NCBI GenBank assembly: GCA_947451105.1
Contig: CANFXY010000004.1
Span: forward strand, 1-41,586
Length of the DNA stretch: 41,586 nucleotides
Direction of reading: 5' to 3'
Source: Bacteroidota bacterium
GTDB lineage: Bacteria; Bacteroidota; Bacteroidia; NS11-12g; UBA955
The notes under the pieces were generated by a model. That model ran no database searches and was not told the DNA's origin. It worked only from the letters and a program-made list of their open reading frames with translations. This document shows positions 7,212 to 15,353 of the stretch, one piece after another (positions within the stretch are counted from its first letter, which is position 1; each line of letters begins with the position of its first letter). Both the position numbers and the translations under genes were made by a program.

Positions 7212-10200
7212 TTACGGAGAACTAATCATTTTATTTTTTGGTTTTGATCTCCCTTTTGGTTTTGGCTTATCAACTTTACCGGTATGAATTAAACTGCTCC
7301 CGTTTATCATTGTAACAAAGCTTCCATCATTCCTAATTTTTAGGTTGCCAACCTGTTCTATGCTCTTTCCTTTAGGAGCAGCTTTGGACCATTTTCGAGC
7401 ATTTGAAGTGGCCATTTCTTGATAAGCTGATTCATGACCATCCCACGGTCCTCCAATAAAAAAATCACTAAACAAGCTTGCTCCAAGATATGACTCTCCT
7501 TGATTTCCATATACATTTCTTTTTGTTAGATCAGCAAATTTTTGAATATATTTATCCCCTCCAATTTGATGTGCTGCTGTAAAACAACCAAGTAGAATTA
7601 TATTCCCTGACTCTAATAAATTATTTCCTAAATCCTCTAAAGTTTTAGCTAATAAAACGCTTTCAGAATAGTAGTAATTGCCAATTCCTTGAGCAGAATA
7701 AGTATAAATTCCATGCCCAACAATATACATATTATTGTATGTTTTTCCACTTGTATTTAATTGAATATTTAAATTTTCGATATTGTCTACAACAAGTACA
7801 TCAATATTAGAATTATTCATTGCAGCTTGATAAGCATTATAAAATGTCCCACCTACTTTGGAATCACTTTCACTAAACACTGTTATAGATTTTGCAGTTT
7901 CACCTAGTGGTTTTGCAAAACCCACTGAATCACCGTTTTGGTCAACGAATACAATTGGATTATTTAGAAAGCAAGAATATCCACTTACACCTCTTAAAGA
8001 CTTTGGATCGATGTTAAACCTCCTGCCCAATCGGCTATCGAACTGCCAATATTCTGCAGTATACGAATTATCTTCTCCTGATACTTCATTATCTTTTTCT
8101 TGCCCATTAAACCCAAACCTATATTTACTCGTATCTGCCCCGTCAGAGTAGGCATATTGAAGTTCTGGTATGGAACTTCCGATATTACTATAACTTCGGC
8201 TAACATCAGTGTCGTAAGGGCCAAAGAATTTAATGTAGATGTCTAAGGATTTTTGAAAATACTCTATAGCTTTCGAATATATTTTTTCTCCACTCCATAT
8301 TTTTCCAATTTGTTCGTAATCAAAAGCTACATTTGGATGTTCAATTCCCCAAAATTTCATATCAATTGCCAAGGATTTTTCGGCATACTCCATTGCCAAT
8401 AAATATTCTCCTTTATGATACATTGCACTACCTATCATGTAGTTTGAAACCGATAATTCAGGGTGCACATTACCTAATAGTTTTGCTTTAATATCAAAGC
8501 TTATAAGGTAATTTTCTAATGCATTTTTATAAGTTCCTCTGGCTTCCCATAGACTTCCTATGCTTTCATAGGCGTCAGCTACAAAAATATTTTCTGGCCC
8601 ATAGGTTTTTAAGCGAATCACTAAGGATTTTTGAAGAAATTCCATGGCCATGTCGTATTTATCTTGCCTTTTTAGATTTTTTCCAATTTGCCCATAAGAA
8701 TATGAGATTTTAGGATGTTCAGTACCCAACGATTTTATTTTAATATCTAAGGATTTTTGAAATAGGTCAATAGCCTTACTAATGTTTCCAAAATTGGATT
8801 CAAGAACTCCGATGCAGTCCATTATTTGAAAATCATTTTGCATGATTTCTAGATTAAAATCTAATTTATTAAAGTGTTTTAATGCCTCCTCTTTTTCAAA
8901 AAGATGAATGGCCATTAATCCTAACATGATCGCTTCCTTGCAATCAAATTTATTTAGCGGCATTAATTCACTAAGAAAATCTTTCCGAATAACATGCAAC
9001 TGCAATTCTTCCAACTGCTTATCCAATTTCAACAAAGCCTTCCAATCATTTTCCGTAGGATTTTCTAATATTTTTTCAATTAGTTTTTTGCTGCCAAATG
9101 ACTTTAAATACAAGAGCAAAGGGTTGATGCATAAGTCTATGCCTTCTGTTCCAGAATCTATTAATTCAACAATAAGGCTGATGTCTTCCATTAAAGCCCT
9201 TTCAGATAAGTAATATTCTATGCCGCCCTTGTGAAGCTTGTTTTTGTCTTTTAAAATGGTGTTTATAAAGGCTAACTCAATTTTGTCTTCCTCATTTTGG
9301 AGTTTTTGCCCCAATACATACAACAATGCGCCCTCAACGGTAAAAGCAATGCAGGCGTTTAAGTCTTTCGTGTAACGGCTGATCCAACCTAGGTTTTTTA
9401 ATCTTGGGTAGGGTGAATTGATGTTGTCAGAAACCAGATAATCTTTAAGTGTTTCGTTTTTCAATACATCATCCAGGAACAATTCGTTTTCGCCTTTCTC
9501 CCAAATTTTATTTGCCAATAAGTTAAAAAATATTTGCTCATCTTCAGTGAAGGTTTTTAACCAGTCTTTCCATATATTTAAATGCAGTATGCCTTTTTTC
9601 GGTAAGGACTTTCCATTGTATATTTCTAAAAATATGCGGAGTACTAAGGGGTTGCTAATTTGGTTGTACAGCCCGCGGTCAAAGCTTGCGATGTCATCAA
9701 ATTTGAACTGCGGCTTAAACCTAGACTTGTCCTTGCTGGTGTATTTGTCCCAAGCGGCGTTTAATTCCTTCATGTTCAAAGGGGTTAACCAATTGGCATA
9801 AGCACTTAGGCCTTCTTCGTTCTCGCTTTTTTCTCCGTAAATTTTTTGTAAATCTTCTTCTGATAGGGCATAACGGTTTAAATCCGCTTTTGAATTGGCT
9901 CTGCTGCTGACCACAAATTTTAAACTTCCCGCCTCAAACAACTTCGAAAGTTCTATAATTTCAGTCCAAAGATCCTCTGCATTGTGTGCCTCATTCAGAC
10001 CATCAATCAAAATAAAACAAGGTTCATTTTGAGTGCCTGCAATATTTGTATAGGTTCTTAATTCAGAGGCAAGATCAATATTTAGCAAATAAGCAATCTG
10101 CTCTTTAATTGTTGGCTTTTCCATTCGCCCAGCCCGTATAAGTAGGCTGGGTAAATTCCTTTCATGGTATTGCTTTTGAATTTCTACCAAAAGATTTGTT

Positions 10201-11408
10201 TTTCCGCTTCCCGCCTCCGCAGAAATAAAGAAAATACTTGCCCTGGCGCCTATCCATTCTCTGAGTTTTATTTCAATGTCCTCACGGTGCACATAAATAC
10301 CGGGCAGCACTTTTTTTTCTGCCAGCAAGGTGTCGTTTAGCAACTTATTTTCTTCTGCAATTCTTGTTAAGAAAACCTCTTTGGTAAAGGTCTCTGGCGA
10401 ATATGGAACTTCTTTCTGTTTGTTGCGCAAAAGCAAATTCAGCTTTTCAAGGATCTTGCCAGAGCTTTGTTTTTCAGTGCCTTCAGGACTGAAGAACTTT
10501 ATGGTCTTACCGGTATAGGACTCATAAGCTAAAATTTGTTCTTTGTCTTCCTTCGCCAAAGACACTTCTCCAGGGACAACAAAGAATGGCAATACATCAA
10601 GCGTCTCACCCTTTGGATTGGTAAGCCATACACTTCCACTTTCTTGCTGCTTGCTTTCATAGATCTTAATTTCGGATGAATGCAATAAATAGGTTTCACC
10701 ATGCTCATGCTTGCTCATGGCATAATCCGATGCGAAGGCCATTTGCTCCAATAGATGTCTAAAAATAGGGAAGTATTCCTCCCAAAGTTTCAGGCAAGAA
10801 TGTTCATCTAAGGTTAAACCATGTCCCAAATAACGGTTGCGAAAATTAATAAGCATACCAATTGCTGTTGCTTCTTGCTTTTTTAATTGGACATCGCCAT
10901 TGGCATCTATGAATTCAATTTCTCCGTTGTATAATTTTCTTTTTTTACCTGTTTCAATGGCCTCATAATAGCTGTTTAATTCAGGGCAGAAAAACGCATG
11001 CTCTGTTTCGTTTAGATATTTAAGTGTTTCACGCACAAATAAATTCCATGTTCCAAATGAAGGTTCTGCAATGCTTTGCTGAAATAAGGCTACCATGCGT
11101 TTGTCTTTCAATGGGCTATTGAAAAATTCTGAGGCACTTAAGAGTCCCAAATACTTTAAGTAGTTTAAGAAAGTGTCTTTAAACAGGTTGATTTTAGTCC
11201 ATGGGTGTTTTTCCAATAAGGTGCGCTTTAAAGGATAGGCAATAACATAGGGCAAAGCCGCAATCAATGCTTCATCTTCATCAGACAATTCATTACTTTC
11301 AATGAGTTCAATTAGTGCCTGGGCACAAACCGGACAATTCATGGCAGCCGGAAATGCAGCTTTGGAAATGGCAATGGCACAGGTGGGGTTTTGGCAAATA
11401 AATTTCAT
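7212..11408 (-). CDS. Chimeric protein: Zn-ribbon, HEPN-like domain, NACHT-type STAND ATPase, winged helix, 42-aa TPRs, Rhs core, His/Cys CT domain
   Basis: CQNPTC...CPVC; FRNRYLGHG; Walker A AEAGSGKT; Walker B FILIDGLNE; NPLVLR; five TPRs plus a truncated sixth (SYSNIG); then SSIPELQYAYSDG...RLGRRFNIDP...NNPIVFVDQNGD; CT with IVGHG...LLGC. ATG 11408 preferred over TTG 11426. Confidence 0.85.
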   Translation of the reverse strand: MKFICQNPTCAIAISKAAFPAAMNCPVCAQALIELIESNELSDEDEALIAALPYVIAYPLKRTLLEKHPWTKINLFKDTFLNYLKYLGLLSASEFFNSPLKDKRMVALFQQSIAEPSFGTWNLFVRETLKYLNETEHAFFCPELNSYYEAIETGKKRKLYNGEIEFIDANGDVQLKKQEATAIGMLINFRNRYLGHGLTLDEHSCLKLWEEYFPIFRHLLEQMAFASDYAMSKHEHGETYLLHSSEIKIYESKQQESGSVWLTNPKGETLDVLPFFVVPGEVSLAKEDKEQILAYESYTGKTIKFFSPEGTEKQSSGKILEKLNLLLRNKQKEVPYSPETFTKEVFLTRIAEENKLLNDTLLAEKKVLPGIYVHREDIEIKLREWIGARASIFFISAEAGSGKTNLLVEIQKQYHERNLPSLLIRAGRMEKPTIKEQIAYLLNIDLASELRTYTNIAGTQNEPCFILIDGLNEAHNAEDLWTEIIELSKLFEAGSLKFVVSSRANSKADLNRYALSEEDLQKIYGEKSENEEGLSAYANWLTPLNMKELNAAWDKYTSKDKSRFKPQFKFDDIASFDRGLYNQISNPLVLRIFLEIYNGKSLPKKGILHLNIWKDWLKTFTEDEQIFFNLLANKIWEKGENELFLDDVLKNETLKDYLVSDNINSPYPRLKNLGWISRYTKDLNACIAFTVEGALLYVLGQKLQNEEDKIELAFINTILKDKNKLHKGGIEYYLSERALMEDISLIVELIDSGTEGIDLCINPLLLYLKSFGSKKLIEKILENPTENDWKALLKLDKQLEELQLHVIRKDFLSELMPLNKFDCKEAIMLGLMAIHLFEKEEALKHFNKLDFNLEIMQNDFQIMDCIGVLESNFGNISKAIDLFQKSLDIKIKSLGTEHPKISYSYGQIGKNLKRQDKYDMAMEFLQKSLVIRLKTYGPENIFVADAYESIGSLWEARGTYKNALENYLISFDIKAKLLGNVHPELSVSNYMIGSAMYHKGEYLLAMEYAEKSLAIDMKFWGIEHPNVAFDYEQIGKIWSGEKIYSKAIEYFQKSLDIYIKFFGPYDTDVSRSYSNIGSSIPELQYAYSDGADTSKYRFGFNGQEKDNEVSGEDNSYTAEYWQFDSRLGRRFNIDPKSLRGVSGYSCFLNNPIVFVDQNGDSVGFAKPLGETAKSITVFSESDSKVGGTFYNAYQAAMNNSNIDVLVVDNIENLNIQLNTSGKTYNNMYIVGHGIYTYSAQGIGNYYYSESVLLAKTLEDLGNNLLESGNIILLGCFTAAHQIGGDKYIQKFADLTKRNVYGNQGESYLGASLFSDFFIGGPWDGHESAYQEMATSNARKWSKAAPKGKSIEQVGNLKIRNDGSFVTMINGSSLIHTGKVDKPKPKGRSKPKNKMISSP
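8108..8182. repeat. Direct repeat copy C (Rhs-core start only)
   Basis: aaacccaaacctatatttactcgtatctgccccgtcagagta is identical to copy B; similarity stops abruptly at ccga 8179-8182. Confidence 0.9.
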
Positions 11409-11713
11409 GGTTTTGATGCGAAACAATTATAATAGAAATATTTCAGTAAATTTAAATTCAAGCTACTTAATTTAATATTTATTAATATTCTAATGTATAC
11501 ATTTTTGTTGAAGGCTAAAGTTTTTTCAATGAAAGAGGCGTTTGCCTCAATGAAGTTTAACTTTAAAACCATGAAAGAGCTTTTCCCTTAAAATAAAATC
11601 CCCTTCAACCCTTCCTTTATCTCTATTCTTCATTGAATATTTTTTAATATTTAAAATAAGAGTCCTATATTGCCAACAGATATTAAAATAAAGCCTTAAA
11701 GGCAAGCATTATT

Positions 11714-12787
11714 TTGGCTAGAAATCAATCATTTCAACAAAGAAACTTAGGGAAGGATCCTTTATCAAACGATAAAAACAAGGGTTGTTTTAGTTCGTTT
11801 GGAACGGTCATGTGGATTTTCTTGTTGGCTTATACATTTTCTAAATCCATGCCGGTGTTTTATTTGTTGTTGGCGGTGTCCATTTTATGGGGAATAACCC
11901 GTTTCTTTTTTAAAAATGTTTTAGGCAGAATATTAACTTTTGTTTTAATTATTTTCTTAGGTGTGTATGCCTTGTCTTTTGTGTTTAAAAAGGGTAAGGA
12001 ACTTGTTCCTGAGGAATCCAACAGTGGCATTATTAGGGTTGATCCGCCGCGAATGGGCAAGATAAAACCGGGAACAAATGAGCGGGATTTGTTGAGTGAT
12101 AAATACTTCAGTTGGTATGATTTTTCAAACAGCAATTACCAAGCAGATTATTCGACCTCTAATTTTTCGTTTATTGCTTCTCAAGAAAAACATCAAGAAA
12201 TAGCATCGTCTATTAATGCTTCAAATAGCATAGAATACTTTAACCAAGTTTACCTTGGCTTGAATAAATACGACAGCAAAAAAATGAACACCTTGGTGGA
12301 TTTATTTAGGGATTCAGCTAAAAAAATGAATCTATCTACCTTGCAATTGGCGGAGATGGTGACCACCTTTGTTCAACAAATTCCTTATGTGTTGGTGCAC
12401 GATGGAACTTGTGAAGTGGCCTCTAAAGAAGCTGAGTTTATGAAAGACTATCATGAAGCGGGCAATCCTTGTTTGGCCAATATCCCTGCTGGTGTTCAAT
12501 CGCCATACGAGTTCATTCACAACCTAAAAGGCGATTGCGATACGCGCACTTTGCTCGCCTTTACCATATTAAAGAAATTAAAAATCCCAGCATCCATTTG
12601 GGTAAGCGAGGCCTATGGGCACAGCATACTTGGTATCGGTTTGCCTTTTGCCAGCGGCTTTCACAAAGAAGTAGCGGGCGTAAACCATTACTCGGCAGAA
12701 TTAACCGCCAGGTGCAGAATCGGTTTTGTCAGCCCGGAGCAAAACGAAGAAAGCAATTGGGATATCGCATTGTACTATCAACCTTAA
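11714..12787 (+). CDS. Membrane-anchored transglutaminase-like (Cys-His-acid) protein
   Basis: Three N-terminal hydrophobic helices; KGDCDTRT, YGHSILG and HYSAELT motifs; TTG start. Confidence 0.7.
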   Translation: MARNQSFQQRNLGKDPLSNDKNKGCFSSFGTVMWIFLLAYTFSKSMPVFYLLLAVSILWGITRFFFKNVLGRILTFVLIIFLGVYALSFVFKKGKELVPEESNSGIIRVDPPRMGKIKPGTNERDLLSDKYFSWYDFSNSNYQADYSTSNFSFIASQEKHQEIASSINASNSIEYFNQVYLGLNKYDSKKMNTLVDLFRDSAKKMNLSTLQLAEMVTTFVQQIPYVLVHDGTCEVASKEAEFMKDYHEAGNPCLANIPAGVQSPYEFIHNLKGDCDTRTLLAFTILKKLKIPASIWVSEAYGHSILGIGLPFASGFHKEVAGVNHYSAELTARCRIGFVSPEQNEESNWDIALYYQP

Positions 12788-12790
12788 AAT

Positions 12791-13297
12791 ATGAAATTAA
12801 TCATTATAATTCAAGTCGTTTTGGCCTTTGTTATAGGCATCGGATCCTTGTTTGTTCTTTACCGTTTGTTAAACAATTATATTCGTAAAAAATCTGAAAT
12901 TTCAGAGACCAATACGGCTTTTGCTGTCTTTCAAGTGGGTATACTATTGTCTGGATCTTTAATCATGTCTTCCGTTGTCAATCCTGCGGTGAATGCCATT
13001 CGTTTCTTGAACCAAGAGGAGATTATCAATGTTCAGAGTTGTGTAACTTCCTTGGTTTATGTTGCGATGTTTGTTGTTATTGGAATCATATGCACCATTA
13101 TGGTTATAGCCGGAGGCGTATTTACTTTTTTTCAACTTACCCAGGTGAATGAATGGGATGAAATTAAACAAAACAACATTCCCACTTCTCTTATATCAGC
13201 GGCAATCATCGTTGGGCTTTCTTTGATTATGGATGAGTATGTTGGTCACTTGTGTGAGGCCTTAATACCTTATCCTGACGTACTTCAAATTCGATAA
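12791..13297 (+). CDS. DUF350-like four-TM membrane protein
   Basis: Two-fold TM-hairpin repeat; NEWDEIKQNNIPTSLISAAIIVGLSLI is typical of DUF350. Confidence 0.7.
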   Translation: MKLIIIIQVVLAFVIGIGSLFVLYRLLNNYIRKKSEISETNTAFAVFQVGILLSGSLIMSSVVNPAVNAIRFLNQEEIINVQSCVTSLVYVAMFVVIGIICTIMVIAGGVFTFFQLTQVNEWDEIKQNNIPTSLISAAIIVGLSLIMDEYVGHLCEALIPYPDVLQIR

Positions 13298-13387
13298 ATT
13301 TGCAGAGACGCTTACCGCGTGGTACCAATCAAAACATTTTATTACAGTTATTCAACAGGTTTAATGGTAAATCTATAAATTCACAAT

Positions 13388-14752
13388 ATGAAAATAAATA
13401 AATCAATCATAAAGATTGTAGGGCTTCTCGGCGATTTTAATAAAAAGTCTGCCCGCGTAAAATACAATCAATTCATTAATAATGGTTACAAAAGAGAATT
13501 GTTACCAGAACTAAATAATAGTAAAGAAGAGGCTGGGAGCAAGCGGTTTTTTAAAAATACATTTTACCCGGAATTCAGAGATATGATGTATCTTGGGCAA
13601 ACAGATTCTGAAGAAAAAAGATTTTCTAACAATAAGTCTTTTATTATTGATCTAGACTTTAAATCTGGGGAAATCTTAACAACGTATTCACTAAAAATTA
13701 TAAAATCTGAAATCTATGTTTTTGAAGGACATATTGGTTTATTTTCTGTTTCTGTTGAGATAATCCCAAATTATAATCCAATCAAGTCTGAATTAAATGA
13801 AGGCTCTAAAATTACAATCGATGATGCCAGCAATGTAACATCAAAATTAAGGCTTTTCGATACTGTAATTAAATATGAAAGCCGAGACTATGTCTGGTCT
13901 CAGTGGATTAGCGAATTTGTACTATGTGGTACGGAATTAGAAAGTAAGGATGGCAGTATAGTAAAGGCCGATGAGTTTTCAGGCTCAAAATTTAAATTAT
14001 ACACTGTGTATGAACTTGACGATCTTCCTGATAACAATTTGTTGTTCGATCTTGGAACATGTTCAAGGCTTGGTTCTTCTGCAGGCGTATATTCAAATGC
14101 CGTGCCCCATGAGTCTTACTACAAACGGATAATGAAAAAAAATAAGATTTCTGTCTTTCAAAATTGGGAGGCCTTGTGCCTTTTTGACACTTTCACCTGC
14201 ATAGGAAATGGGCAAATTTTAGAGAAAAGTTATGTTAGTTGGGATGAAACCTATTTTAAAATATATTTATATAGGTTGTTTTTTAAGTACAATTTGTACC
14301 GCTACAATTCGGAAATTTTTGAAGACAAACACAGCGCAATTAAAGTAAGAGATCAATTTGTTGATTTTTTAAACCGTTACGAGATTAGCCATATTTCTTT
14401 TAATTTTCTTCCCAATGAAATTTATTCTAAAATAGGTGAGGCTTTGGAATTGGAAGTTGAATTGGAAAAGTTTAAAACTAGAATCAATAATCTTTCCGAT
14501 AAAATTCAGGAAGAAAGGGAGTCAAAAACCAATATCCTATTACAGATTGTGACTGTGCTTGGCGGGATTTCTTCTGTGGGCCCAATATTGGATGGTGTTG
14601 ACCATTTCAAAGAACAAATTGGTTTTTCATCATTGGTATTCTATGCTATAACTACTGTTTTAATTCTGCTTGTTGGCATTGGTGTTTTGTATTTTATAGT
14701 CCCTCATGAATTGAAAAAAGTATGGAGAAAAATCAAATCTATATTCCGATAG
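13388..14752 (+). CDS. CorA-like membrane protein (soluble domain, long helix, two C-terminal TM helices)
   Basis: Coiled helix ELEKFKTRINNLSDKIQEERESKTN, then two hydrophobic segments and a basic tail; no GMN motif. Confidence 0.55.
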   Translation: MKINKSIIKIVGLLGDFNKKSARVKYNQFINNGYKRELLPELNNSKEEAGSKRFFKNTFYPEFRDMMYLGQTDSEEKRFSNNKSFIIDLDFKSGEILTTYSLKIIKSEIYVFEGHIGLFSVSVEIIPNYNPIKSELNEGSKITIDDASNVTSKLRLFDTVIKYESRDYVWSQWISEFVLCGTELESKDGSIVKADEFSGSKFKLYTVYELDDLPDNNLLFDLGTCSRLGSSAGVYSNAVPHESYYKRIMKKNKISVFQNWEALCLFDTFTCIGNGQILEKSYVSWDETYFKIYLYRLFFKYNLYRYNSEIFEDKHSAIKVRDQFVDFLNRYEISHISFNFLPNEIYSKIGEALELEVELEKFKTRINNLSDKIQEERESKTNILLQIVTVLGGISSVGPILDGVDHFKEQIGFSSLVFYAITTVLILLVGIGVLYFIVPHELKKVWRKIKSIFR

Positions 14753-15279
14753 AAGCGGAGTTTCATATGCTCAGGCATTTTGAACTATGTTCAGCAAAAA
14801 GCTTGGATAGAATCCGTGTGCAATACACTCAAGAACAAATTGACACAGAAATGACCCAAATTGGTTCTCGATTTTACCACAGTTTTGCCACCGATATACC
14901 GTCAATATTAGAGCATGTCTTTGCAGGTGTTTTTAATCAAAAAACGGGCAATAATGGCAATGTGATTTTGTCGCTCCAAACCGACACCCAAGTTGGCGAG
15001 CATGGGGTAGCGGAAATGGATACCTTAACCCAAGCGCAAAAAGATAAAATCTCCTTGCAAAGCAACAGGGGTTTGCAATTGATGCACCTAGAAGTTGATC
15101 AATTGCCACCCACCAATGCCTATGTGCTTATATTAAAGCCTATAGAAAACGGATACAATTTCATCACCGCTTTCCCTGGTGATGAAGGTATGCCTTTGCC
15201 CTACGAAACCCTGCCGGAAGACTTTAGGAAAGCGTGCAAAGCATATTGGGATAGGCATGTGTTTTTGGATAAAATTTAA
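14722..15279 (+). CDS. Hypothetical protein
   Basis: 185-aa ORF overlapping the upstream stop by 31 nt; motifs HMLRHF and ITAFPG...YWDRHVF. Confidence 0.7.
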   Translation: MEKNQIYIPIEAEFHMLRHFELCSAKSLDRIRVQYTQEQIDTEMTQIGSRFYHSFATDIPSILEHVFAGVFNQKTGNNGNVILSLQTDTQVGEHGVAEMDTLTQAQKDKISLQSNRGLQLMHLEVDQLPPTNAYVLILKPIENGYNFITAFPGDEGMPLPYETLPEDFRKACKAYWDRHVFLDKI

Positions 15280-15353
15280 TTTCAAATAATTAATAGATGA
15301 AGTTTGGATGGTTTGTGTATTGCCACAATACCAAATTCTTAGGTCCAATTTTA

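Larger units (their letters stand above)
2150..8182. mobile_element. Putative autonomous integrative unit (about 6.0 kb): integrase, OM barrel protein, IS remnants, lipoprotein, Rhs-CT
   Basis: Bounded by the shared ccga/GSSIPELQ junction at 2150-2153 and 8179-8182; intact integrase next to one end; the other end interrupts a TPR. Confidence 0.55.

Noticed and set aside
1-8182. Classical integron with attC sites, or a prophage
   Set aside because: No attC-type palindromes noticed, the integrase does not look like IntI, and there are no phage structural genes. The integron comparison is architectural only.
12469-12888. 139-aa alternative-frame ORF
   Set aside because: It overlaps two coherent genes on the same strand and has no recognisable features.
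13388-14752. Calling this gene corA
   Set aside because: It lacks the GMN signature; only the overall topology is similar.
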